NCBI GenBank assembly: GCA_002269645.1
Contig: NIVC01002594.1
Coordinates: 22,909-86,908 of the forward strand
Reading direction: 5' to 3'
Length of the DNA stretch: 64,000 nucleotides
Source of the DNA: Macrostomum lignano
Lineage: Eukaryota
Part shown: positions 11,138 through 22,336 of the stretch, piece after piece
Layout: each line of letters opens with the position of its first letter
Position numbering within the stretch: the first letter of the stretch is position 1
Notes under the pieces: model-generated
What the model was told of the DNA's origin: nothing
The model's input: only the letters and a program-made list of their open reading frames with translations
Database searches by the model: none
Translations under genes and position numbers: made by a program

Positions 11138-12613
11138 TTATTTATGAAATATTTCATTAATGGGAGCCAGGAGGCTCTGTAAGTTACGTTGCCGTGTAAA
11201 TGCGGGCAGTATGCGGGAGCCTGGTTGATTTTGTAGTTTATCAAAGTTTTTAGCAATTTCGTTGGCGAGCCAGATCGTAGATGGGTGAAAAGGAAGGACC
11301 AGAGGAATGGGTCGGAGAAGATGATTGTCGACCCTGATGTTCGTACCCGGCGGTTTGTCAGTCCCCAGTTTTTTAATCCAGATTTCTTCCCTTAGTTCGA
11401 TTTTGTTGTTGTTAAGAACCTGTCCAATGGCAATGGTGACAAAGTTTGCAATCGAGTGATTGGGGGTGAGAAAGTGCTCAGACCCCGAAGTAACGACTCT
11501 CCTGTTAATATTTGACCTGTGCTGGTTCATTCTATCTCTCATTGTTCTTCTAGTCATACCTACATAGAGGATTTTCCCAGGGTGGCTCTGGTTACAGGAG
11601 ATGCCATAGATGATGCTCTTGGAGCCACAGGACAGGCTCTGAGAGATTAAAAAACCGGAAGCCGGTCCCAGTCCCTGGGCGGAGAGAGCATGCGGTGAGT
11701 GGGTGCAGCATTTGCAGCGGGATGACCCACAGGGATGGAACCCTTTGGGAAGCAGACCCAGATTGGTCGTTGGTCCTGCAGTCCAGTTCATAAGTTTGAG
11801 GACATCCTTTTTGCAGTTTCTAAGAAAAATCTTCGAGTAGCCTAATTGCTTGAGTTCCAATTTTAAAGAATTGAAAGCACCGTTGAAAGACTTGTAGTCA
11901 TCACAGATACGAGCGTACCGAAGGATTTGGGATTTTACTACCCCCTTGAAGGTGTGTGACGGATGGAAGGACTGTCGGTGCAGCAATCTATGAGTATCTT
12001 TTTCTTTCGAAAACAGTTGTGTTGTGAAGCGGTTTTCAGCTTTCTTGATGGTCAAATCAAGGAAACTGACCTCAGTTGATGAGGAGCTGACGGTGAGTTT
12101 AATGTTGGGGTTGATTGAATTCAGGTGTCGAACAAATTCTGTCAGAGTTTCAGCCGGGTGGTCCCAGTGAATGAAGATATCATCTATGTACCTAAAATAG
12201 ATGTTCGGCTTATAAAGAGCAGTTCTCAGGGCAGTTTCCTCCCAGAGGCTCATGAAGAGACAGGCATAGCTGGGCGCAAATATGCGCCCCATGGCTGTAC
12301 CTCTAAGTTGTAGGAAAATCATTTTGTCAAATTCAAAGTCATTCCTGTACAAACATAGTTCCAGTAGCTTTATTAACTCAGCATCCGGTCTAATGGGATC
12401 CGGGTATCGGTTAAAGAATTCCTGGATCGCTGCAATGCCCTGGTCTATAGGGATCATGGAGTATAGACTCTGGACATCACAAGTTGCCAGAGTCGAACCT
12501 TCCGTGCAGCATTTATCCATAAGGTGTGCCTTGAAGTCATAGGAGTCCTTAATGAAAGTGGGTTGCGCTTGGGCAATCGGTTTAAGAAAGAAGTCTATGT
12601 ACTTTTCTGCCAC
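11138..12613 (-). CDS. Penelope-like RT/GIY-YIG polyprotein, uninterrupted 491-aa portion
   Basis: ORF track plus the motifs listed for the element. The track start is a GTG inside the RT, and the true N-terminus is frameshifted or truncated. Confidence 0.85.
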   Translation of the reverse strand: MAEKYIDFFLKPIAQAQPTFIKDSYDFKAHLMDKCCTEGSTLATCDVQSLYSMIPIDQGIAAIQEFFNRYPDPIRPDAELIKLLELCLYRNDFEFDKMIFLQLRGTAMGRIFAPSYACLFMSLWEETALRTALYKPNIYFRYIDDIFIHWDHPAETLTEFVRHLNSINPNIKLTVSSSSTEVSFLDLTIKKAENRFTTQLFSKEKDTHRLLHRQSFHPSHTFKGVVKSQILRYARICDDYKSFNGAFNSLKLELKQLGYSKIFLRNCKKDVLKLMNWTAGPTTNLGLLPKGFHPCGSSRCKCCTHSPHALSAQGLGPASGFLISQSLSCGSKSIIYGISCNQSHPGKILYVGMTRRTMRDRMNQHRSNINRRVVTSGSEHFLTPNHSIANFVTIAIGQVLNNNKIELREEIWIKKLGTDKPPGTNIRVDNHLLRPIPLVLPFHPSTIWLANEIAKNFDKLQNQPGSRILPAFTRQRNLQSLLAPINEIFHK

Positions 12614-13093
12614 AATTGCTTCAGAACTGCATCCGTTAAAAATAGGTCTGCCTGCTGGGACCCGAAATGGGATCAGCCAGGTGGCCGGGTCCTTGTGAAT
12701 TTTTGGGAGCAGGTAGAAATGCCGGGGACGGAAGTTCTCTCCAGGAGAAGAAAAGAAAACTGTTTCTTAGTTAATGAACTTTCTGTTACATAAAATCGAG
12801 GAAGATCCCTCTGATAATTTCCGCAGTCTCGGGTTGCAGTGGCTGGTCCAGCTGTTGATAGGCATTAGTGTCAAGCAATTGGTTGTAGGCTGCAAATTCG
12901 TAATCCTTAGGGTGCATGATGAGCACTGCGTTACCTTTGCCTGCCTTTTTTTATCAGGACGGAGCTGTTTCGCTTGAGCCCCTGAATCGCTCTGGTCTCT
13001 GGTGTCTCTAGGTTGCCTTTGACGTGCACCATTGTCAAATCCTCCACCAGTTTTTGGCTCTCAAGCACAAACAAGTTGCGCTCATCCCTTCTA

Positions 13094-13134
13094 AGAGAGA
13101 GAGAGAGAAAGAAAGAAAGAGAGAGAGAGAGAGT

Positions 13135-13232
<98 letters not shown>
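13094..13232. repeat. (GA)n microsatellite at the 5' junction of the Penelope-like element
   Basis: Direct reading. Confidence 0.98.
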
Positions 13233-13233
<1 letters not shown>

Positions 13234-13410
13234 GTTGCTGCTCTCATCCTTCTTTGTGCCGATGTCTATGGCAGAATTACCCGTTACCTACAAGGCAAGG
13301 ACCTGCTTACTTTGTTCCGTTTATGTTTATGTCTATGGGCAAAACCAAGTCAACTGCTGACAAAAGCAATGCTGCGCACACAGATGTTTGTAGTAAGTAG
13401 ATGTTTAAGG
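13233..13410. mobile_element. Right arm of a microsatellite-cored MITE-like repeat (cf. 29975-30255, 39553-39648)
   Basis: GGTTGCTGCTCTCATCCTTCTTTGT.CCGATGTCTATGGCAGAAT...TTGTTCCGTTTATGTTTATGTCTAT.GGCAA.ACCAAGTCAACTGCTG is near-identical to 30100-30250. Confidence 0.75.
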
Positions 13411-14430
13411 TTTAACGTTGATGGAAGGTATGCCCAGGCCGCCTTGGAAGATCTCGGGGAACTGCGCCAACAGGTCAGCTGCTTGTCCAATCACCCAGTT
13501 GACTTGGCCAAGGATCATCGGCCAGTCGAGTCTCAGCTCAGACGGAGACCTGACAGAGCATCCTCCTGGAGGCTTTTCGGGATGACGGTGAGTGCGGAGC
13601 CAGCAGTATCCACCTTGAAGCGACAAGGCTTGCCTTGGAGCAGCAAGCTCAAGCGCCAGACCCTTGCTCGACCCGCTCGCTCTGAAGAAGGGCTCCTACA
13701 GCTCAGCCTGCTTCGGAATCCAACTTGTGCAGCTTAGAAGCCCTGCACACCTTCCGGATATGCCCGACTTTCCGCAGTTGTGACACTTGGCCTCACGAAG
13801 CTTGCATTGCTGCCGACTGTATAGACGCCGCCGCTCGCACACGCGCCTGTGGCAGTAGCTGTCCGCACAGCGTTGGCTTGAGCTACCGATGACGGGCCTG
13901 CTTATTGACCTCCTTCGGTGCAGTGGAATTCTTGTGGAGACGCAGGTGGACAACTGCTTCAGCCCGGTGCGCCATCTCCGACGAAGATCGCTCCGCGTCG
14001 ACTCTGGCAACCAGCGTCTTCAAGTCAGGCTGTTTTTCACGGTGCACATCACTGCGGAGACCGAAGACAGGCTGGTCGCGCAGTCTCTCGTCATCCTCTT
14101 CTATGGCGGTCACCAGAGTGGCGACATTCGCCTCCTCTCGGACGTCCTTGCAGATGAAGTATTGTTCAAGCCTCTCCAAGTATCGATCAATATCTGAATT
14201 TGCAGAGTTCTGGAATTCTACCAGTCGCAGCCATATCCGCGTCGCCAATGTGAAATTATGGATTCGGAGACGAGTAGTTGCAATTGGAAGTAGAAAAAAC
14301 TCGCCAAACTCTTTTGAGCGGTACTTGTCTTAGTACTCTAATTTATTTAAATTGCATTCACCGGCTCAGCATACGAGCGTAATTCACTAGACAGAGATTA
14401 GAGGTGAGTGCCACACAGGCCTTTGGTCAC
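13410..14430 (-). mobile_element. Degraded Ty3/Gypsy fragment: 5' LTR, PBS, gag with zinc knuckle, protease
   Basis: The LTR ends ...TTCACA at 14249 and is followed by a PBS-like TGGCGACGCGG (14247-14237) and an ATG at 14234. Frameshifted translation gives RYLERLEQYF..., a CHNCGKSG knuckle, FKVDTAGSALTVIP (aspartic protease) and LDWP...LLAQFPEIF. Confidence 0.8.
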
Positions 14431-14466
14431 AGAATCAGATACCCTGATTTAAGTAATATCGGGTTA

Positions 14467-15010
14467 TGATGGGTTTCGGCCTTTTCAGCATTAAAAGCCT
14501 CCGGGCCTCAGGTCTCAGAAATAAATCAATTAGAGCCCTGGCCCCCTGCACTCCTGTCAGATGGTCAGCTTCATGGTAGCTTGATCTGTGGCGAGCAGTC
14601 TAGTTCCTTTAGCTAAGAGAGGGACAGCGAGAGACAAGCAGGGAAAATTTTGAAGGTAGAGATCAGCTAATCCACAGATTAACTAACCCGCTGCCACCAG
14701 CCCATGCGTCCTGGCTCACCAAACCAGGACTTTCGAAATCGGGCTTCCAACTAAAGGGACTTAGCACTTACCTGCCAACTAGTGTCCTTTTGCTATCAAT
14801 CTCGAAGTCATAGCCGATGGTAAGGGACACTGCTGGGACTCGATCACATTGACCATGCAGGTACAGAGGGGACTTGTGCAGGGGATTCTTGCAGTGGAGA
14901 GATTATGCAGTGTTGAGTCCGAGCGGGCCAAAAACTTCGGTTTATATTCGGGCCGCAATTTGTTAAAATGGAACACCTCGACGCTAATTGGCTAAGCCGA
15001 TTTGTTATAA
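14467..15010 (-). mobile_element. Unclassified interspersed repeat, internally deleted copy of 2668-4029
   Basis: See the long copy. About 800 bp is missing at a CAAC microhomology near 14905-14912. Confidence 0.7.
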
Positions 15011-17256
15011 CTGACGTCAGATTTTTACTTCAACTCCAAATTAGTTTTCAGTTTTGAGTGCAGCCCAGATTTTCAAACTTTTGGTTTCATACTGTAAATG
15101 CACTAAGATGTACGCATTTAAACGTCCATTTCAAACTAGAGGTCAATAACTCCGAGTTGGATGCATGAATCTTGCAGAAATTGCACAGAAATGTAGATTT
15201 CTTTTGTTAATTTTGATTTTCACTTAAACTCCAAATTAGTTTTCAGTTTTGAGTGCAGACCAGGTCTTCAAACATTTTAGTACAGTCTGTAAATGTACGG
15301 AAATTGTTGAATTTATGTCGTCTATTTTAAATTGAAGATCAATAGCAACAAGATGGATGAATGAACGTGACTGAAAAGTCACAAAAATGAAGAAAACAGT
15401 TGTTTTTTATCATCTGATTATCTTAGTTTTAGACATACGGTTAGCTTTTGTAGGATTTGAAAATTTGTTTATCTTTTCACGAATTTGGAGTTGGAGTTGG
15501 TCGTTGGATAGTTCGAATGCGATAGTTTCGCATACAAATTGTCAGTCTGAAATTAATGAGATGAGATTAAATTAAAGAAAGGCTTTAGGACAGAAATAGT
15601 CTGGTTATATTCCATTGGCATTGCCATTAGTTATATATGTTTATTTTTTAGGAATTACCTTACAACAGAAATGGATTTCTGACTAGGGCCTAATTTCTTA
15701 CATAGATGGCACAGTCAAAAGGATATCTACCAAAATTTCTAGCATAGATAGGTGTAGAGTAGGAATTTATCTATTCTTCATACTAGGCCTATATACTTTA
15801 TATTAAGTGATATTATTCTTATTAGATATTATGTAGCTATTTTTGTTCAAAGGGCACAGGTTATATATTAGATCATAATAGCTAAATCACATTCTAAGAG
15901 ATGTCTTTAATATTGGAATTTTCTGGTTTGTATTGGTTTAGCATGCATTATATGCATTTAGTTCCAATATGATTATGAATTCTAGCATGCCTTTAACATG
16001 ATCCAGAGTATGGCAGATAAGCTAAGTTAAAAATATTATTATTTGTTATACAATTCTACAATCATATATATATATCCATTTGTTTTTATTTTTATCTACT
16101 ATTCTCTTATCAATTATTAAGCTAAAATGAAGATATATTATACCACACTCCAGATCATGTAGTATACATACGATATGCCAAAAAATTTGGGTGTGTATTG
16201 ACCTTGCACATCAAAATTAAGTGTGCACAGTTGGCATGCATCACTTCTGAGAAAATAGTATGCATGCACACCTGGCATGCACTTTATAGAATAATGCGTA
16301 AGAGTTATTGTGAGGTTGAAAAAAGATAAAAAGTTTATTTTTAGTGCAAATTTCAAGCTTTCCGATTTTTTCAAGCTTGTAAAAAAAGCATTTAAACAAA
16401 TCTCTGAGTGTATAAATTTTCCACTATAAATAGTATTGCTGAAAAAGCATAAAAAGCAACCAAATTATCTGGTAATAAGGGTCTATTATGCAATTTAAAA
16501 AAGGTATTTTATTGTCACAATATAAAAATGGTCATTTATTGTTGCAACACTGGCATATTTTTAGAATGGGTATGCACTATATTTTTTGGTATGCATTTGT
16601 AATTATTCAATTTTTGCTTGGGCATGCACATAGCATAATCCGGACTATGGATATTATAATTTATAATTAGGCAATTAGACATTTTTGGTTAATAGACATT
16701 TTGATTAATAGTATAATAGAACAACAAAAATGAATATATATTAAAAATTTATTAAATATCAATTTTTTATTTCTAATTAAGGCCTATGCAACTTTTTCTT
16801 ATATTTAACCTAGTTATATTTCTTGCATATATGCAAAAAGCTCATTATGTGTATCTATATATATAATGTTAAAACTCATTATAATTAACATACAATAATA
16901 AAGAGTAAAACATTTGTAGATCTATAATTCTATAACAGCTATCCTATATAGCAAACTGAGAGTGGCTATTGTAGAAATGAAAAAGTATATATCTATTATA
17001 CTTATAGACATTAATAAACATTGGGATGGTGACTAATATTGCCAATGTTATATTGCTGCATAGGGGCCTTTATACTAAAAATAATAATAAAAAGATCAAT
17101 GTCATTTTTCTTAACCTTAAGTCCCTAGGCCTAATCAAGGTTAGTTGACTTTTAGTAAGCAAGGAAATTCAAAATATGTTTATGTTATAATAAATAAGTT
17201 TTTTTATATCTTTAGAATAGTTCAATTTTTGCTAAAATTAGTATTAGACTTGTAGC

Positions 17257-17640
17257 TAGTGATGGATTGAAATTCAATTTCGATTTCAATATTCCGAATT
17301 TCGAAACTAATTTTGCATTGAAATAATTTCAATTTCAATTTTGAATTTTGACACAATTCATTGAAAATCATTTCGAAATTTTGGTTACTTTTTAACAATT
17401 TAGACATTGATGATCATGCTACACAAGAAAGAAAATCTATAGGAAGTGAAAGAAAGTGCGGTTCAAAGACTCAGTGGAGAGGTGAGAATCACCTTTTCTA
17501 CAAGAAAGATTGTGCGGGGCACACACTGTTCCAGGCCTTGTGCTGCACCCACCTCAACCTCCACAAGCCCACTGGCTAAACTCATCGGCGTGGATTTTGA
17601 TTTCGATTTCAATTTGAAAAATAATTTCGATCCATCATTA
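17257..17640. mobile_element. hAT-type MITE, 384 bp, perfect 8-bp TSD
   Basis: TIRs TAGTGATGGATTGAAATT / AATTTCGATCCATCATTA. TSD CTTGTAGC at 17249-17256 and 17641-17648. Confidence 0.88.
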
Positions 17641-17667
17641 CTTGTAGCATAATATTTTGTTATTTAT

Positions 17668-18050
17668 TAGAGGTCGGACGGGATTGAAATCTTTGGGCGG
17701 GATCGGGATTGGGAATAATTTTTTTCTCAGGATTGGGATCGGGATCAGGTCTTTTAGTGTATTGTCCATGTAAAGTTAAACAAAATTGAGAAAAGATTAT
17801 CAAGATCAAGAAGTAAAACACAACGAAATTGATATGAAGTTTTGTAACCAACAAAGTAAATAATGTAACGAGTACAAGTTAAAGCAAAATACCTACAAGT
17901 AATCACTAATTCTGTAATCACTAATCACTAATCGAAAGACCTGTTCCCGAATCTCGAGTTTTTAAGGTCGGGATTCTGGTCCCACGGGAATTCAATTTTC
18001 CTCGGGATCACGAGATTTCGAGATCGGGATTGGGATCCCGTCCACCTCTA
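17668..18050. mobile_element. hAT-type MITE, 383 bp, perfect 8-bp TSD
   Basis: TIRs TAGAGGT(C)GGACGGGAT / ATCCCGTCCACCTCTA. TSD TTATTTAT at 17660-17667 and 18051-18058. Subterminal GGGATCGGGATT repeats. Confidence 0.88.
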
Positions 18051-18339
18051 TTATTTATTAATTCTATTCTACTGTTTAGAGTTTTAGGCCTAACCAAGAA
18101 AAATACCTTAATAAAAATGTCTATGCACCATAATATATATTTATAAAAAGTAAAATATTCTATGGCTAATGATTATATATTATAAAATGGAAATAATCTT
18201 ATTGCCATTATATTTTTATTATAAGGAATATTATTTATATTTTTTAGAAACTCTTAAATTATATTAGAAGAGCTTTTGTAGTTTTTTTGCACATTTTTGA
18301 GAAGTGCTTATCTTGGAGCTTATCTTAGTTTTAAGAGTT

Positions 18340-18925
18340 TATCCTAGTCCTTCAGTGTCTATCTTCATCCTTCAGTCTGTCCCAGTCCTTCAGTGTCTAT
18401 CTTCATCCTTCAGTCTACCCCAGTCCTTCAGTCTGTCTAGTCCTTTAGAGTCTACCCTAGTCCTTTAGAGTTACCCTAGTCCTTCAGAGTCTGCCTAGTC
18501 CTTCAGAGTCTACCCAGTCCTTCAGAGTCTACCCAGTCCTTTAGAGTCTACCCTAGTCCTTTAAAGTCTACCCTAGTCCTTTAGAGTCTGTCCAGTCCTT
18601 TAGAGTCTACCCTAGTCTTTTAGAGTCTACCCTAGTCCTTTAGAGTCTACCCTAGTCCTTTAGAGTCTACCCTAGTCCTTCAGAGTCTACCCTAGTCCTT
18701 TAGAGTCTACCCTAGTCCTTTAGAGTCTACCCTAGTCCTTCAGAGTCTACCCTAGTCCTTTAGAGTCTACCCTAGTCCTTCAGAGTCTACCCTAGTCCTT
18801 TAGAGTCTAGCCTAGTCCTTCAGAGTCTACCCTAGTCCTTTAGAGTCTACCCTAGTCCTTCAGAGTCTACCCTAGTCCTTTAGAGTCTACCCTAGTCCTT
18901 CAGAGTCTACCCTAGTCCTTCAGTC
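18340..18925. repeat. Minisatellite, 20-bp unit TAGTCCTT(T/C)AGAGTCTACCC
   Basis: Direct reading, with degenerate units at the left edge. Confidence 0.95.
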
Positions 18926-21900
18926 TACCTGTATTTTCTCTCGCTAGTCTTAAAAAGACTAATATGAGTACATTTAGGGTTATATAAGACAATGGTTTTT
19001 AAAAATCTTTATTGATGTCTCCTGTTGCGAAACTATCAGCCATCCTACAGTTAGAAGATAAGATATCTTTTTTTAGCGACTACTTGTAGTTTTTTTCAGA
19101 ACCTACATAGGCTAGCAATTTTCCATCATTGCTCAGGATCAATATTTCAAAAATAGGGAAAATTAAAGATAGGCCTGCTTCTTCGAGCTATCTATTATAG
19201 AAAGCCAGCTGCGTTTACAGCCGCTTTAGTTAGCCAGCCAGTCCAGCAAATAATTACAATGCGCACAGTTCTCACTATGTAAATGACGTCTTCCTCATGG
19301 CTATTCGCATGTATTATTAATTGAATTTAATTGGGCTCAGCTGTTGCATCCTGTCGCGTTGGTTTTTACCTTCTGTTTCTTTGAATTCCCAAATCCCAAG
19401 TGATTAGCTTGGGCTGCTCTGCTAAAGATTCGGACTAATCATCTTGGCCCAATTAGTTCGGCTCGCTATTCCTGGCTGTTCGATGTTGTCGTAGCTATTG
19501 CGTCTCTGTCTGGCAGCTAATGATATTCGATATAAACGAGATGATGATGCATTGACGCTGAGAATGAAGGTGAATGACGCAAAGCCTATTTTCCCGATGC
19601 TCTATGAAACTTGAACTCACGCTGAGCTAGCTGTCAGTTTCTTGACAGCTTTGGGATTGGCTAAATGTCTGCCCTATGCCATTAGCACCTGTTTCCTTTC
19701 CTAGCCAAGTTGCCCTGCCGCTGGATTGTGTCTGTGTTGGGATTGGCTCAGTTTCTCCCGTTTTTTGTTTAGTCATCGAGGGTAGACTAGATTGGGTGTG
19801 TGTGCGTGGGAAAGGCGATTAGGATGATGCTTTATACAGTGGAATATTCTACTCAGTTCATGCTACTCCGTGTTTCATTTCTGCCTAATTTCTCTCTCCA
19901 TCGGTTGGATGAGAATTCAGAGTTCCGCCTATCCAGCGCTTGGGGACGCAGTTTTGCAATACGTACGACGCGTGTTTTACTGTGGCACTGTAAACTGTAA
20001 AGTTGCGCATGCTTAAAAATCATTTAGAATCATTTAGATCATTTAGATTGTTATCTCTGACAACAATCAAAGCATGAAATGAAGATTTCAAGAAATTGGG
20101 CTACTTTTCCACAGAAGAACTTCACTCACTTTCTTACTTAAACTTACCATAGACACCTTCTTTTCTTACCATGGACAAAGCAAACACTTTTCTGATCAGG
20201 CTGTATTTGCACTGACGAATTTCACTTACTTAGACGAATTCGAAGTCACTTTCTCTAAAAATTTACCATAGACACTCATTCTCTTCCCCCTTGAGCGCCA
20301 TATAGTTTTGCATACGCTGACGAATTTGAACTCACTTTTGACAAATCCGAAGTTAAAAAGGTATATTAAGTGTACTAGGTAGGTAGTGGTCACCCATAAT
20401 AATTGATTTGTCAAGTTTTAAACAGCTGACAGCTTGTATTACACGTTTTTACTTTCAAATGTATTACATTCAGACAGTGATGCAGACGTGAAGGTGTTTG
20501 TCTTAATTGAATTTCTCCAAGAAAAATGCAACATAGACTATGTTGCTAAATTAAAACAAACCCCCTTTCATATTAAACAGAACCGCTTCAATTCAGTCAG
20601 AGCTAAGTCCATGTGCTGTTGAACCTCTGCGCTTTGTGGATTTTCATCTTCTTCAGCCTCCTCATCATCCTCTGTCCAGTCTACGCCTTGCTCTTCAAGC
20701 AGTCAGTTCGTCTTGCTTTTCTTCCTCTGTGTCTTCACTCCCGGCTTCAGCAATCATTTTTTATTTGAAAAGGCGTTTCTTTTAGGTATTCTGCGTATGA
20801 AAGGTCCAGCACAGGTCCTCTTAGCACAGGGTTTTCTTTTCGAGTAAATCGGTTAGGAACACAGGTAATATATAAAATGGATACACAGCAAGACACTGCA
20901 ACACGCCCCAGGAATTAAAAAGTCAAATTGATATAAGTTGGCGATTTCAGTGCTGGGCTACTGGCGCTGTAATCATGTTTAGCTGACAGGACGGTCGCCT
21001 TTGTGCCTTTGTGCTTGCGCGGGCTGTTTTTTGTGCCGGTGTGTGGGGGTGCGCGGGGTGCTGGGGCGGTTGGCCTTTTATGTGCGTGCGCGATGGTCTG
21101 ATCAGCGCGTGTGTCCTCGCAATTTTAAGCAATTTATCAAGTCGTCTCGTATTTCAAGGTATCTGATATCTGTTACTTGCTGAAAAGCTAAGAAATGAAG
21201 ATGTTAGTCTGCATAGGGGGAGTTAAAATAGCTGATGATTAAAATGTCAAAGGGCTGCTGTACTGCCTGTACACCCTGTGTGAGCATATGTAATTAGTGC
21301 GTACCTGCGTACAGTATCTGCGCGCTTGTATGTGCCTAAGAGTCCGTGGAATGTCGGACGATGTCGCTGAAAACGTTTCGCCAGGGTGCCCAAAACACTT
21401 GCAAGTATTATCACGTTATGATTACAATGAATAAAAAGGTCACCAGTCCCTGTTTTCTGTTCCCGCTTGCCAAAATATTGCCTGTATCGGAAATGAAGCT
21501 ATGCTACTCCATGCATCCCTTTGTTCGCCTCCCTGATCAAAGAGCAATAAGCGCGATAGACATTTGCCTGGCGGATAGGAGATTTAAAAATCTAATCCTC
21601 TTTCCGTCAATCTTTCTAATTTTTTGTAAAGCCCCTATATTTGGCCATTCCGAGTCTCTACCCCTTTTCGTTTTCCCTTAGCGATTTTCTTCCCCAACTA
21701 GTGCTCAAATTTCCTGTTTTAGGCTTGAATGCAGATAATGACGATAATGATGAAAATCCTTCTTCATCAGCGCCTGCCCCGCAGCATCCTTCCATGGGGC
21801 TTTTTTAATCACTTTTCCATGTTGCTCTCCGCCCATCCACCCGTCTATTGCTTAATCACAAGTAGGATAGGGGCTTTTTGTCTTTACGCCCATCCTTTAA

Positions 21901-22336
21901 GCTGTTGCTAGGGCGCTGCTAAGCATTCTCAAATGAATTCAAAGCTCACTTAATAAGAAATGGGAATCTAGTCTCCCTTTCTTTGCTTTGCATTTCCCTA
22001 GTGAAGAAAGGAAAATATCTACTGAGCTTGACGATGGGGTTCCTCTGTTTCCTGTCGGTACAGAATAATGAGCTCCGCTTGAATTGCCAGGTCTTTGATT
22101 ATGGTTTATTCGATCGAGTGATTTTTCTGACTCAACATGGCCCGCGTGCCTCTACGCATCATTATGAAGCCCCATCTGCTGTTGCTGCTGCTTTAATTAT
22201 AATAATCAACTTGGCTAATTTATTTTTCAAAGCGCAAGGCAAATTATTCAAGTCTCTTAAAGTGTTTTCCTTATCAAAATAAAATAATTTCAGCCCAGTC
22301 AAATTAGCGAATGCTTGCACTGCAGCTGTAGCAATT

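Larger units (their letters stand above)
11010..13093 (-). mobile_element. Penelope-like retroelement (RT + GIY-YIG endonuclease), 5'-truncated, flanked by (GA)n
   Basis: PLE RT motifs FYLLPKIHK, GRPI, IKDSYDF, CDVQSLYS, GTAMG..FAPSYA, RYIDD, VSFLDL and the thumb motif SQILRYARIC. The endonuclease has PCGSSRCKCC, IIYGISC, LYVGMT, RMNQH, EEIWIKKL and PPGTN. The frame extends 5' of 12613 to about 13090 through several 1-bp frameshifts (NL..AIQGLKRNSSVLIKKAGKGNAVLIM). Confidence 0.93.

Noticed and set aside
20560-20760. Acidic minus-strand peptide (EEQGVDWTEDDEEAEEDE...)
   Set aside because: Short, frameshifted and without a diagnostic motif. It may be a TE relic but cannot be assigned.
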